Positions 37,057-51,654 of a stretch of 64,000 nt of DNA are shown piece by piece. The notes under the pieces are model-generated. The model was not told where the DNA came from and searched no databases. It worked only from the letters and a program-made list of their open reading frames with translations. The DNA is from Octopus bimaculoides (lineage: Eukaryota). The DNA is taken from positions 154,608,785 to 154,672,784 of the forward strand of contig NC_068982.1 in NCBI RefSeq assembly GCF_001194135.2, in the 5' to 3' direction. Made by a program: the position numbers and the translations under genes. Each line of letters opens with the position of its first letter. The stretch's first letter is position 1.

Positions 37057-37543
37057 AAAAAAGAAAAAAATTTATTTATTTGCAAATTCTTCCATTTTCT
37101 GTTGATTCAAAAAACAAAAAAAAAATGAGTGTATATGCATATTGAGATTCACATATAAACAGATATATGCCCACAGCTACAACATGCCATCCAGTATATA
37201 TGTATGTGCATGCATGTAAACATAAACATATGGATATATGTTTTACAAATATATGCATACAAATGCATGTGCACATAAACGCGCGTGCGCGCACACACGC
37301 ACGCACAGAGACACACACATACATACATAGCAAAAGCTGACAAAGATGCTCTCATCTTTTTTGAAGCAAGTTCGTCTTTTGAAAAAACGAAATATATCAA
37401 CCAGATGGTTAGAATTTTTTGCTTCTATAATATGTAACTGTGTTAGTTCTTATCTCGGCATATCTCACTGCGTGTTTATATCTCTAGCTGTCTGTCTACG
37501 TATCTATCTGCCTGTCTGTCTATCTCTCGGCCTCTCTTTCTCT

Positions 37544-37604
<61 letters not shown>

Positions 37605-38745
37605 NNNNNNNNNNNNNNNNNNNNNNNNNNNNNNNNNNNNNNNNNNNNNNNNNNNNNNNNNNNNNNNNNNNNNNNNNNNNNNNNNNNNNNNNNNNNNNNN
37701 NNNNNNNNNNNNNNNNNNNNATATATATATATATATATATATACAACCAACATATATGTATATAGGGTGAAAGTCCATATGTTTATCTGAACATTTAACA
37801 TATGTGAATGATTCTGCATAAAAATATGGATATGTATGGTGCTAAGACCTGTGTTTGCATTGCAAATGTGTGTTTGCGTGTGCATATACAATTGTATTTT
37901 TGCGCATGTATATATATATGCACAACTTCATGTGCACACGATATAGAGAGCGACTTTTGCTTACGTTCAAATGTTTATTTACTGTGAATATAAAATGTGC
38001 GTATAAAGCTCATTCGTGTGTATCGAAAAATATATGCATACACACACGCATATATATATATATGTACACACACTCATACATATGCATTCATACAAGCATA
38101 TAAACATCCATATGTAATCTTTCGTACATGCACAAAGAACACAGATACGCACATACACAGTGTACAAAATATACGGGAAGTTAGCTGACCCAACTTGACC
38201 CGTATCCTACTCCACCACCACCACCACCACCACCACACACACACACACTGTATAAGGCGACGGTGAAAATCGGGACTGATTTCCGCCCGGTGGTCCACAG
38301 TTTACCAACACTTGGATTCCATTCTTTTCGCCTGACTTGAAGATGTTGAAATATGTATGGTGTGACGTTCGGTTCTGGGGCGACCAAAATGCTGTGTTCA
38401 CAAAGACAAACTCTCACATATGGATGATTAGTGTACGGCGCTAACTTTCCATCTGTTTCGATTCTTCGTCACATTATCTGGCGAACCTTGATATAAATAA
38501 CATGTATAGTATACATTAGCATATTATAAACGTATTTTACACATTTACATATTTGTATAAATGTATGTATGTGAGTACGCTTATATATATATGTATATAT
38601 ATGTTTATGGGTGTGCGTATATGTGTACAAGTATGCTGCTGTATGTATACGTATGTGCGTTTGCATGTGTATATGCATATATATTTTGTGTGTGTATATA
38701 GGTATGAATGTGTATCTACATGCATGCATTTTGTATATATATATA

Positions 38746-38797
<52 letters not shown>

Positions 38798-39289
38798 NNN
38801 NNNNNNNNNNNNNNNNNNNNNNNNNNNNNNNNNNNNNNNNNNNNNNNNNNNNNNNNNNNNNNNNNNNNNNNNNNNNNNNNNNNNNNNNNNNNNNNNNNNN
38901 NNNNNNNNNNNNNNNNNNNNNNNNNNNNNNNNNNNNNNNNNNNNNNNNNNNNNNNNNNNNNNNNNNNNNNNNNNNNNNNNNNNNNNNNNNNNNNNNNNNN
39001 NNNNNNNNNNNNNNNNNNNNNNNNNNNNNNNNNNNNNNNNNNNNNNNNNNNNNNNNNNNNNNNNNNNNNNNNNNNNNNNNNNNNNNNNNNNNNNNNNNNN
39101 NNNNNNNNNNNNNNNNNNNNNNNNNNNNNNNNNNNNNNNNNNNNNNNNNNNNNNNNNNNNNNNNNNNNNNNNNNNNNNNNNNNNNNNNNNNNNNNNNNNN
39201 NNNNNNNNNNNNNNNNNNNNNNNNNNNNNNNNNNNNNNNNNNNNNNNNNNNNNNNNNNNNNNNNNNNNNNNNNNNNNNNNNNNNNNNNN

Positions 39290-39339
<50 letters not shown>

Positions 39340-39725
39340 TTTGTGTATTGGTCAAATGTTTACTACTCGTTTATTTCCACTTTTCATTCTTCTCGCCTAC
39401 CACCCCTCTCTCTCTCCCCTTCCGTCAATTCTCTTTTTGATTTTACTTCAGTCAACAACTTGTCAACTATTCTGATCGACACAGAGATGAATGATTAGAT
39501 AGCCTTTATGAGTCTTTTAAACTTAACTGTTCTTTTTTTTTTTTTAAGCTTTCTTTTAATTTTCAAATCCTGTCTAGATCAACTTTATCTTCCATCTCTC
39601 TGAGATCGATAAAATAAAGTACCACAAAGTAGTTTTTGCTTACTTTCATCATCTAACAAACATCTCCTTGCGAAGATGTGTGGATCTGTGACAGTGTTAA
39701 GTAACTTATGTTTTTAAAGGTAGTA

Positions 39726-41097
39726 AAGGCGACGAACTGGCAGAAACGATAGCACGCCGGCAAAAATGCTTAGCGGCATTTCGTCCATCTTTATGTGAGT
39801 TCATTATTCCGTCGAATATGCCGTCCATTATGCCGTTCATCCTTTTGCGGTCGATAAAATAAGTAGCAGATGAGTACTGGGGTCGATATAATCGATTTGC
39901 CCTACTCCACCGAAATTGCTGACCTTGTGTCTAAATTTGAAACTAATATAATTAAAGGTGGTAGAGACGGTGAGATGGCTGAACCGTGTTAGCTCACCGG
40001 TGAAAATGCTTGGTACTTCGTCTGCCGTTACGTTCTGAGTTCAAATTCCGCCGAGGCCAACTTTTTCTTTCATCCTTTCGGGGTCGACAAATTAAGTACC
40101 AACTGAGAATTGGAGTCGATGTAATGTACTAACCCCCATCCATCAACATTTCAGGCGTTGTGTCTATAGTAGAAAGGATTATTTATCACAAGTGGTACGG
40201 TTACAACTGTTGCTGAGTTCAAATGACGTCGAGGCCAAACTTTCCCTTCATCCCTCCGTTGCCTATAAAATCAAATACCAATCAAATACTGAGGACCCAC
40301 TTAATCGACCAACCCCTAATTCCTGGTTTTGTACCAATATTAGAAACAATTATTATTCAATAAAGCTGGTGGGGAGCAAAATCGGTGCGACTAACAAAAT
40401 GTCATGTGATATTTAATTATATCTCTCTGCTTCTTGAGTTTAAATCATGTCGAGGGCGGTATGATCTTCTAACTTTCTCGTGGTTTATAATTTTTAAAAT
40501 CTTTTGTTCAAATTATCCTGGGGTCGAATATGTTTTCATTATTCCAGCAGGGCGGGCGTGACATCGAGGCAGAAAGTATTTACAGTAATATACTGAGGTC
40601 TATACAATTGGCTATAACCTCGCAGCACTCACTGTTTCAGGCCATATGCCTATGTTAAAAACACGCAGAATCGTTGGCATGCTGGCCGAATTGCTTAGCA
40701 GTATTTCGATTGTCGCTCCGTTGAGTTCAAATTACGCCGAGGTCGACTGTGACTTTCATCTTTCATGGTCGATGAAATAAGTACCAGTTGAGTACTGGGG
40801 TCGATGTAATCGAATATCCCTCTCCCCCAGATTTCAAGCCTTGTGTCTTTAGTAGAAAAGATTATTATTACTATAAGGCGGCGTTCTGGCAGAACCATTA
40901 GCGCGTCGGGCTAAATGCTTAGCGGCATTCGNNNNNNNNNNCTTAGCGGCATTCGTCCATTTTTACGTTCTGAGTTCATATTCCGCCGAGGTCGACTTTG
41001 CCTTTTATCCTCTCGGAATCAATATGTACCAATTAATCGACAAGTACCCTCCCCCAAAATTTCAGGCCTTGTGCCAATAGGAGAAGATTATCATTTA
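39726..41097 (+). mobile_element. Head-to-tail array of 5-6 SINE family B copies
   Basis: Copies at about 39726-39952, 39960-40182, 40210-40358, (40360-40500 decayed), 40664-40871 and 40874-41097, all + strand. Confidence 0.85.
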
Positions 41098-42613
41098 TAT
41101 TATGCAAATACATCTCAATTCTAATAATCATTTTTTTTAGATTTTTCTTTTTAATGTAAATCAAAATTATAATTGGCTCCGTTTTTCTCAAGTTTTAGCT
41201 GCACAAAATTGCGAGTGATTTGTCACACCGTACGTTCTTAAATCAACAATATGTTTGATCGACGAATCAGCGATGGGGTTTCTACATAGTGGCTCAGACC
41301 GCTAGAAATAGCAGTCAAATACCCTATTTTCACCACCTACCCCCTTCTCTACCGTCTTAGAAAGGAACACTTTGGGTATATATGGTAGTGGTTTGCTCCA
41401 TGCACATAGGAGAGAAAAAAAGATGATGAGCCTGGCTCGAATGCCTTTGATGTTGATCAGCTTGATAAAGCCCAGCCTGGTGCTAAACAGCAACATCAAC
41501 AATATGTTTGCTAGCTGACAACGAACGTTTTACGAAGTCTTCAAATATGGAAAGTATATTGTGGATAACGCTCTTTCTCTCTGTCCTTNNNNNNNNNNNN
41601 NNNNNNNNNNNNNNNNNNNNNNNNNNNNNNNNNNNNNNNNNNNNNNNNNNNNNNNNNNNNNNNNNNNNNNNNNNNNNNNNNNNNNNNNNNNNNNNNNNNN
41701 NNNNNNNNNNNNNNNNNNNNNNNNNNNNNNNNNNNNNNNNNNNNNNNNNNNNNNNNNNNNNNNNNNNNNNNNNNNNNNNNNNNNNNNNNNNNNNNNNNNN
41801 NNNNNNNNNNNNNNNNNNNNNNNNNNNNNNNNNNNNNNNNNNNNNNNNNNNNNNNNNNNNNNNNNNNNNNNNNNNNNNNNNNNNNNNNNNNNNNNNNNNN
41901 NNNNNNNNNNNNNNNNNNNNNNNNNNNNNNNNNNNNNNNNNNNNNNNNNNNNNNNNNNNNNNNNNNNNNNNNNNNNNNNNNNNNNNNNNNNNNNNNNNNN
42001 NNNNNNNNNNNNNNNNNNNNNNNNNNNNNNNNNNNNNNNNNNNNNNNNNNNNNNNNNNNNNGGGGGGGGGGATCCTGTCGGTGGCATACGTCATTTATAT
42101 AATTAATAACAACGATGTCAACAGTGGATATAGCGTTCCATATGTTTTACTAACAACATGGCTGTGTGCCGTCAGCTTAACTTTTATGCTACCCTCCAAC
42201 ACGCCGGTCAGCCGGTCAGTGATTGTTCGATATATAACAACTTCGGCTGGTTACCATTAATTTCAACAATTCCCTCTCCTCTCCACCTTTATTGATTTCT
42301 TTAAAAAATATTTTTTATTAGCTTTATTATAAATCGATTAAAATTTTTGTTCAGTAAATAGTTTTCTTTTCTTTTTACTGTAAATGTTTTAGCTGTGCTT
42401 TTTTTTTATTGTTTTCTTTAATTCTGCTGTTTGCTGATTGTTGCGATAGTAATTAATTAGTGATTAATTAATATTTATGCAAGTTTAATTTTGTTTTTCC
42501 ATTCGTCAAAAATACCCAATTAGAAAATGTCTTTTTCTTCAAAAACATCGTGGAGAGACGGAGACAGAAACAGATGGACTGAAGAAGAAGAAGAAGCGAG
42601 AAAAAGAGTTAGT

Positions 42614-42670
<57 letters not shown>

Positions 42671-43663
42671 AATAGAGAGAGAGACTGGTTTTGAAATACA
42701 TTTCTATTCTTACTATAGGCAAAGTATTGGATTGTGAATAATAGTCGATCAATATATAAAAATAGATGTTCTAAATCAGCCAATTGAGGCTTGTTCGAGT
42801 AATGTTCGTGTGTGTGTGTGTGTGTGTGTGTGAAAAGGTATGCAGGCTTACGCCACTGGAGTGCCTTACCACCCCCATCACCCCTCGAACTGCAAAATAT
42901 CACGCTACTGTGGCCGAACGCGATCTTATTACATGAATGGTCGGCCTAATGCAAACATATGCGTCAAATTCTATTTGGTCTCCCTGTCTGTACACTTATT
43001 CATGCTTGTAAATAAACAACTGTTATGTTCTCTCTGGCGTGTTTGTGTATATGTGCGTACGTATATATCATGCAATTATGAATAAACTAGTTTCTTGTAT
43101 ATAAATCGTGTGTAGATCTAGAAAGGGTGTGACCATCCCCGTTGACTTCTCAGGCCAAGATCGATGATGTGCCTCTTTGTTGTTTTTGGACAAACAACTG
43201 CGACGAGACGATTACAGATAAACCATGCGCAAGGCGGGAAGGTATTCCAGATGGTTTGCGTAGTATAGAAGAAGGATTGGGTATGATGGTTCATGCGATG
43301 GTGTGGAAATTAGGTGTGGGTTGCAAGACAGTATATAGGTGATGAGCGGATAAAATGAATAATACCAGTGATACACTTCGGTCGATCAATGGTCTTTAAT
43401 GCTTCTTTACAAATACTTCGCTGCTATGCGGATGTAATAGATTTATATTAATTAAACGTGATTGATTAGACGTTCGCAATTAATATTTGATTCTTTTTCT
43501 TTTTTCTTTTTTTTTTTTGATCAATTTTTTTTTTTTAATCATCAATCGATCACATGTGAAGTTAACTGGAACTTTTTGTGCGTGCCTCAATTCTTATACC
43601 AGACATGCCCATCACTAACAAGTGTCTATATATGCATTTATCTGAATGTGTTCTATACATACA

Positions 43664-43717
<54 letters not shown>

Positions 43718-44163
43718 GGTTTGAATTTTTCTTTGTATATACGTGTGTGTGCGTTTGTATTTCTGTATACATATTGAATGTGTATGCTTCTGTGTTTGAA
43801 TACATCTGTGTAAATGCACTGTCTTTCAGTCTTATCTGTATATGAATGCATCTACATATGTATGTCTTTGGATGCATCCTTTTGTGTGTTTGCATATTAA
43901 TGTATTTCTGTCTATGCATAAGGTTATGTTTATGCATGTATTTGACTGCACGTGAATGTATGTACATAAATATATCAGTGTATGTGACTCCATGCATCTG
44001 TATGTGTATGCATATTAGAAAGCATATATATTTCAGTGTGTGCATGTGTGTATACTAATGTGTGTGTGTGAGAGTGTGTTTAACGGAAAAGTATTTGGAT
44101 TTAGCAATGAAGGAGAGTGAAAAAAACCGAGCTATAAACCTTTGATCAACTTTACAACTTTGA

Positions 44164-44220
<57 letters not shown>

Positions 44221-45699
44221 CTTCATATCTTCTGTCCCCCCCCCTGATTTCTGTCAAATTCAGTACGAAATTTAGTTGTTCACAGAACGTAAAAAGTGTC
44301 TCTTACAAAATCTGCAATTCTACCAGACACCCTGCCTTTTAAAATAGCAGCTAAACCTTTCTTAAAGAACACCCTATTTTCTTAAAAGCAAAAATAGACA
44401 CATCCTAAATATGCCTGAATGACAAAAAAATTTTTTGAAATTAAAATGTAAGAAAGCAGCCGGCGGGATGGTCGCGGTTAGAATGCTTTTATCATGCATG
44501 TGTCGATTAAGGCCAACTTAGGATAAAAGCAACTCCTGAGATTCAAAAAGGGGGTTTCAGTAATTGATCCTTACAACTTCGGAAAGTTAAAAAGCATTAG
44601 TAACAGAAGCATTAGCTCAATATGTTAGCAACGAATTGCAGAGTGCAGCGTATATCACACGGAGAATACAACAAGTCACATACAGAGTTTTGAAGTTGCC
44701 GATTGAGAATGACATTGTCACTTCCATCTCCACTCCCATTATCGTCTCCATCACCCCCACCACCACCAGTGACACGGCTAACATCACTGCCGTTGCTACC
44801 ATCGGCACCATCAGCACCACCACCACCACCACCACCACCACCACTGCTGTCATCACTGCAACTACCGTTCATAGAACNNNNNNNNNNNNNNNNNNNNNNN
44901 NNNNNNNNNNNNNNNNNNNNNNNNNNNNNNNNNNNNNNNNNNNNNNNNNNNNNNNNNNNNNNNNNNNNNNNNNNNNNNNNNNNNNNNNNNNNNNNNNNNN
45001 NNNNNNNNNNNNNNNNNNNNNNNNNNNNNNNNNNNNNNNNNNNNNNNNNNNNNNNNNNNNNNNNNNNNNNNNNNNNNNNNNNNNNNNNNNNNNNNNNNNN
45101 NNNNNNNNNNNNNNNNNNNNNNNNNNNNNNNNNNNNNNNNNNNNNNNNNNNNNNNNNNNNNNNNNNNNNNNNNNNNNNNNNNNNNNNNNNNNNNNNNNNN
45201 NNNNNNNNNNNNNNNNNNNNNNNNNNNNNNNNNNNNNNNNNNNNNNNNNNNNNNNNNNNNNNNNNNNNNNNNNNNNNNNNNNNNNNNNNNNNNNNNNNNN
45301 NNNNNNNNNNNNNNNNNNNNNNNNNNNNNNNNNNNNNNNNNNNNNNNNNNNNNNNNNNNNNNNNNNNNNNNNNNNNNNNNNNNNNNNNNNNNNNNNNNNN
45401 NNNNNNNNNNNNNNNNNNNNNNNNNNNNNNNNNNNNNNNNNNNNNNNNNNNNNNNNNNNNNNNNNNNNNNNNNNNNNNNNNNNNNNNNNNNNNNNNNNNN
45501 NNNNNNNNNNNNNNNNNNNNNNNNNNNNNNNNNNNNNNNNNNNNNNNNNNNNNNNNNNNNNNNNNNNNNNNNNNNNNNNNNNNNNNNNNNNNNNNNNNNN
45601 NNNNNNNNNNNNNNNNNNNNNNNNNNNNNNNNNNNNNNNNNNNNNNNNNNNNNNNNNNNNNNNNNNNNNNNNNNNNNNNNNNNNNNNNNNNNNNNNNAA

Positions 45700-45830
45700 C
45701 CCACCTTGATGCAGGCCCTGGGTGAGATTGAACCTTGTCCAGAATGTTCAATGTGGTTGTCTCTATCCACAAGACTACTGTATAATTAAGAAGTTCAATG
45801 AGTGATCCTTGTGGCTAATAAAGATGTCAT
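45700..45830 (+). mobile_element. Probable 3' end of another Tx1-like element (5' part in the gap)
   Basis: CCTTGTGGCTAATAAAGA (45807-45824) matches LINE tail CCTTGTGGCCAATAAAGA (6126-6143). Confidence 0.45.
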
Positions 45831-45894
45831 CATCGTAGATTACAACTTCTATTTATTATTATAGTGGTGGGTCGAAGTTTAAGATAATAGATGA

Positions 45895-46093
45895 ACAGAA
45901 TCGCAAGAGTGTTGTTGGAAAAACCGCTTTGCGGCATTCCGGTTCTTTGTCTTCTGAAATCAAATCTCGCTGAGGCCAGCTTTGCTTGTCATTCTTACGG
46001 AGTCAATAAGATAAATACCAGTGGAGTCGATAAAAACAAATATCACTAATCTCCTAAAACTGCTGGCCTTGTGCCAAAATTTGAAACATTATC
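45895..46093 (+). mobile_element. Decayed SINE family B copy
   Basis: GCTTTGCGGCATT..GAGGCCAGCTTTGC..GGCCTTGTGCCAAAATTTGAAAC. Confidence 0.65.
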
Positions 46094-46170
46094 ATTAAAT
46101 GTACATACTCATGCATATGTGTGAATACGTGTGTATCTCAACACACATCTTTATATTTTAGCCAATGTTA

Positions 46171-46331
46171 GCAGGCGTGGCTGTGTAGTAAGAATCTTGC
46201 TTCCCAGCCGCATAATTCCGAGTTCAGTACCACTGCGTGGCACCTTGACCAAGTGTCTTCTACTGAATCCTCGGGCCGACTAAAGCCTATGTATGTAATA
46301 TATATATGTGTGTATGTATGTGTGTGTATGT

Positions 46332-46370
<39 letters not shown>

Positions 46371-46570
46371 TGTGTTTGTCCTCTACCATCGTTTGACAAA
46401 TGATATTGGTGTGTTTGTCCCTGTAACTTCGCGATTCGGCAAAAGGGATCGATAGAATAAGTACCAGGTTTACAAAGAATAAGTCCTGGGGTCGATTTGT
46501 TCGACTAAAGGCAGTGCTCCAGCATGGCCGCAGTCAAATGACTGAAACAAGCAAAAGAGTAACAGATAAA
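46171..46570 (+). mobile_element. SINE family A, well-preserved copy with internal (TATG)/(TG)n
   Basis: A-box-like TGGCTGTGTAGT, B-box-like GAGTTCAGTACC, CORE-like GCACCTTGACCAAGTGTCTT, microsatellite, tail ending ATGACTGAAACAAGCAAAAGAG. Confidence 0.9.
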
Positions 46571-47636
46571 GCAAAACATATTGTACCGGCAGACATCACT
46601 GGGAAGATAGAGTGAGTGAGGGCTATGATGTTTGCACATTTCTCGTTTCATGGCCAAGCTTCACAGAGAGCGATGTGTCTTTGCATGCACTATGAGAGCN
46701 NNNNNNNNNNNNNNNNNNNNNNNNNNNNNNNNNNNNNNNNNNNNNNNNNNNNNNNNNNNNNNNNNNNNNNNNNNNNNNNNNNNNNNNNNNNNNNNNNNNN
46801 NNNNNNNNNNNNNNNNNNNNNNNNNNNNNNNNNNNNNNNNNNNNNNNNNNNNNNNNNNNNNNNNNNNNNNNNNNNNNNNNNNNNNNNNNNNNNNNNNNNN
46901 NNNNNNNNNNNNNNNNNNNNNNNNNNNNNNNNNNNNNNNNNNNNNNNNNNNNNNNNNNNNNNNNNNNNNNNNNNNNNNNNNNNNNNNNNNNNNNNNNNNN
47001 NNNNNNNNNNNNNNNNNNNNNNNNNNNNNNNNNNNNNNNNNNNNNNNNNNNNNNNNNNNNNNNNNNNNNNNNNNNNNNNNNNNNNNNNNNNNNNNNNNNN
47101 NNNNNNNNNNNNNNNNNNNNNNNNNNNNNNNNNNNNNNNNNNNNNNNNNNNNNNNNNNNNNNNNNNNNNNNNNNNNNNNNNNNNNNNNNNNNNNNNNNNN
47201 NNNNNNNNNNNNNNNNNNNNNNNNNNNNNNNNNNNNNNNNNNNNNNNNNNNNNNNNNNNNNNNNNNNNNNNNNNNNNNNNNNNNNNNNNNNNNNNNNNNN
47301 NNNNNNNNNNNNNNNNNNNNNNNNNNNNNNNNNNNNNNNNNNNNNNNNNNNNNNNNNNNNNNNNNNNNNNNNNNNNNNNNNNNNNNNNNNNNNNNNNNNN
47401 NNNNNNNNNNNNNNNNNNNNNNNNNNNNNNNNNNNNNNNNNNNNNNNNNNNNNNNNNNNNNNNNNNNNNNNNNNNNNNNNNNNNNNNNNNNNNNNNNNNN
47501 NNNNNNNNNNNNNNNNNNNNNNNNNNNNNNNNNNNNNNNNNNNNNNNNNNNNNNNNNNNNNNNNNNNNNNNNNNNNNNNNNNNNNNNNNNNNNNNNNNNN
47601 NNNNNNNNNNNNNNNNNNNNNNNNNNNNNNNNNNNN

Positions 47637-47676
<40 letters not shown>

Positions 47677-47679
47677 TTT

Positions 47680-48135
47680 TATTGGTCTCAGCTACTGGGG
47701 TATGAACATGCAGAGGCATTATTGTAAAAGATTTATCAAATTGATTTTTTTCAAGATTAGTCACTTTTCGCCCAACCGCCAAGTTACGAGAACGTAAACA
47801 AAGTAACTCCGATGTCAAGCGGTGAGACACCAAAGGCATATATAATGTCAATACAAATTATACTTTCTCTCTCTCTCTCTCTTTCTCTCTCTATCTCTCT
47901 CTCTCCATATATATATAATTTAAACAAAAATAAATCGACTTGGGTTGTGCTATGTATTTAGATGAAAGATATACCGAAGTACTTACATGCAGTTTCCTTC
48001 TACCTAATTCACTCACAACGTAAGGGTCAGCCCGGGGTTATAAACAAAGACACTTGTATAAATTGCCTCGTAGTGGGGCAGGACTCGAAACCACGTGCTT
48101 GCCTAGTGGACATCTTAAGCACACAGCTATGCCTA
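47680..48135 (-). mobile_element. Decayed SINE family A (tail, CT tract, head)
   Basis: Tail remnant 47680-47840; head remnant 47990-48135. Confidence 0.55.
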
Positions 48136-49745
48136 AATAAAGTGTATGTATGTGTGGCTAAAATAAATGTCTTTATACATAACAGCAGTAAACATTAACT
48201 GAATAAACGACTCACAGCATACACATTTGTTTTAATTCCATACATACACACATGCACATGTACATTCACATTGTGTGTTAGTATGTGCCTATGTATGTCT
48301 GTCGGTATGTATTCTTTACACATTATTTTGTTTATTCCTATGAAATCAGTGCTTTCGCTACGGCTCTCTGTACGACCGCTGCAAGCAGTCAATAGACAAA
48401 ATACATCTATTTACACGGCAGCTCTGATTAAATCAAACGCCGTCTAGACAAGACAGACACAAAGGCACAAGACATCCGACTTAACGTTCAGTCAGACAAT
48501 CTGTTACTCACTTTATTACAGAAATAGCGGGAAAGACAATAGTTAAGCTACAAACACATTTTTCTAAAGGAAATTATGCTAGAAGACTCTAATACTGTTT
48601 GATACATATGTAAGTGCACACGTGTGTACGTATATGTACTTATGTACGCAGGTATGTGGGCTTGTGTGCATATGTGCTTGTGTGTGCGCTTGTATTTTCT
48701 TTTGTGTGCGTGTTCTTTTTGTTTTTGTTCTTTTTTTAAACATGACACGGGTTTTCGAATTTGACTACCAGTTTGCATAATCATCAGCAGCTGCAATGCC
48801 TCTAACATCCGCATCTTCCATCGCATCTTTAACATCAGTATGACCACAACCACCAACAACCTACCTTATCGCCAGCATCACTATCCATATTATCGCAATC
48901 ATAAACCTTATCATAGCCATCAAGAGCATTTTCGTCCGCTTTCGTTCCCTCCATCAATCTCTCTCTCTCTCTCTCTCTCTCTCGCTTTCTCTCTCTCCCC
49001 CTCCCTATCTCTGTGCGTTTATGTAAACTTGTGTATGTATATGTGTTCTTTTGCGTCTTGTTTATGAATAAATATATGTATATACTTTAACATCCTTAGC
49101 CGGATGTAATATGTATTCCAACAATGAACGTTACACATTTAGATGCACGTACTTAATTCCTTGACAAGACAATAGAGGCAATTTAACCTCTACCCAAATT
49201 AAAATATCACATATTTAACTACACTTAACTATACATGCACACAAAACATCCCTGCTATCGTGAGTTCTCCACTCTTCCCCTTCCTCTGCTTCACCAAATC
49301 TCTCACTCCCTTCCTCTCTCCTTTCTCTCTCTTACTTTCTCTCCTTCTCCACTTACTCTCTTTCACTCACTCTCATTCCCTCTCTTATCCGCATTGTCAT
49401 TCAGATTATACCACCTCTTCTGAGGGTTTTTCTGACTCCCAAAGTTCCATTTTACACTGTACCTGCCATGTAAACAGACGTCTTGAATTGGGTATCGTAT
49501 TTTTTTTTTCTCGCCTATCTTAATCCTTCTTTCCCTCGCTTTCATAATTAGTGTCATCTGAAAATGGTTAGATCATCTCCTGTTCCTTCTGTTGGCGTAT
49601 TTATTTTCATTCTACACTTTTTCGATTGTCTTCTCGCCTTATATTTCTATATCATGTGTTTTCATTTGTCTGACTCCATGTATTATTTCTTTGTTTGATT
49701 CCTCCTTACCCTTGTTATTTGCTCATACATACATACATACATACA

Positions 49746-49781
<36 letters not shown>

Positions 49782-49842
49782 TATATACAGAGAGAGAGAG
49801 AGAGAAGGAGAGAGAGAGAGAAGGAGAGAGNNNNNNNNNNCA

Positions 49843-49878
<36 letters not shown>

Positions 49879-50424
49879 TATATACAGAGAGAGAGAGAGA
49901 GAAGGAGAGAGAGAGAGAAGGAGAGAGAGAGAGAAGGAGAGAGAGAGAGAGAATATCACAAAAGGGCTAGGTCAGTGTTTCTTTCGGCCACGGAGACAGT
50001 GCAGCATTTGTGATAGAACAGTATGCGCAGAACTTTAAACCGGAATTCGGTGAGTCTGCAAGACTAGCTTTATGACTCTAACCGGATCTCTTTATGTACG
50101 AATGACATTCATCCACCTGCTTAGTTGAAGTGAATGAGTCAATCTCTATAGTCTGCCGCCGCCCACAAACTTGAATAGCGGAGATAGTTTATTTCTAGTC
50201 ATCAAATCAGTTTCACTTATCCACCTAAAGAAAATAAATGTATTTTCGTCGCTTTGGGTGATGTTTCTAGCTGTTTGGTCAAAAGAAAAATATGCTCATT
50301 GTATTAGCGTATAGGTGGCTGAATATTCCATAGGATATCCTTAACGTAATTTTCAGGTGGCAACAGCAAGATTCAGTGCGACATGACCGGACCATAAGTC
50401 ACTGCTTTAGTCTATTTGATGTGC

Positions 50425-50540
50425 TTCTTCACAGTTTCCATCTAAAACATTTCGGTGGACCCGAGGCTGTAAGAAAAGGTTCTTGCTCAAGATATGCAGT
50501 GAGATCGAACAGACCTCGTGAATGCAAAGCTATCTTCTTA
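50425..50540 (-). mobile_element. SINE family A head remnant
   Basis: CAGTTTCCATCTA..GACCCGAGGCT..CTTGCTCAAG. Confidence 0.5.
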
Positions 50541-50927
50541 ACGATTTATCCAGGCTAAATCATTTCCAAATCAACCAACTAGTATCAACCAACAGCAACT
50601 GTCCAAGATAACTACTTAAGATAACCACCAACCAATAGCCACCAAAAATAACCACTGCACCTAGTAGATATTTGCATTCCTCTGTCTAATACTCTCCTTT
50701 CCTACAATGTATATAGAGCCATATATATGTGTTTGTATGTAATATACATGAGTGCGGGGGTAAGAAGGGTGGACGCATGTTTAGCTTTAAAAAATACGTA
50801 CTCTAACTTTAGGTATACATTCATACATACAGACTTAGATAAATGCATCTACAAACGTCTATATATACACATTTGCACACATACTGTGTTGTATATGCTT
50901 GTGTGTATGTGTGTACGTATGTATGTG

Positions 50928-50988
<61 letters not shown>

Positions 50989-51654
50989 CAAAGAATGAAA
51001 TATCAGATTGAACGCAACATGTGGTTAGCATTAGGTAGTGCTTCTCAAATTAGCTAATCCTGCCCTGTATAGACTCAAGATATTTACAACCTCTGACCCC
51101 CTTTTATAATTTAATTTAACATATTTCAGCTTTTACTCATTTCCCTGTTAATTTATTTTCATGTTTTCAATTATTTATTTATTTCATTGTAATTTTATTT
51201 CTGTCTACATTCGATCATATTCCAGATTTTCTTTGCAAGTATTCCCAAAGAAACAAAATTAACTCGTATAACGCACACACCCATCTTTTATCTTTCTGTC
51301 TCAGTCTCGCTTTTTTTTTAAAGTCTATTTTGCCTTTTCTTACCTCTATAGATCTTTTTCTTCTCCCTCTGTCTTGATTTCTTAACTTTACTCACACAAT
51401 TTCTTTCAGCGTTTTCCTATATCTCACTTTCCAAACACTTCTCTCCCTCCTCCTTTCACTCTTTTTTATTCTCCACTTCTAGTACTCTCTACCAACATTG
51501 CTTTTGTTGGTGCTATTAGAAGTCCTAGGAATAGTATATACATTCAATAGTGGCCAGTCTAGCAACAGTGATCTTTGATCTCATGGCTGGGATCAGAAAA
51601 AAGTTCTTCCCTTGACAAAAGTCCTTTCTTTTTACTGTCAACAATTCTGGTATC

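Noticed and set aside
39726-41097. Regularly recurring repeats superficially like a CRISPR array
   Set aside because: Units are ~200-bp diverged SINEs without unique spacers, in eukaryotic context with no cas genes.
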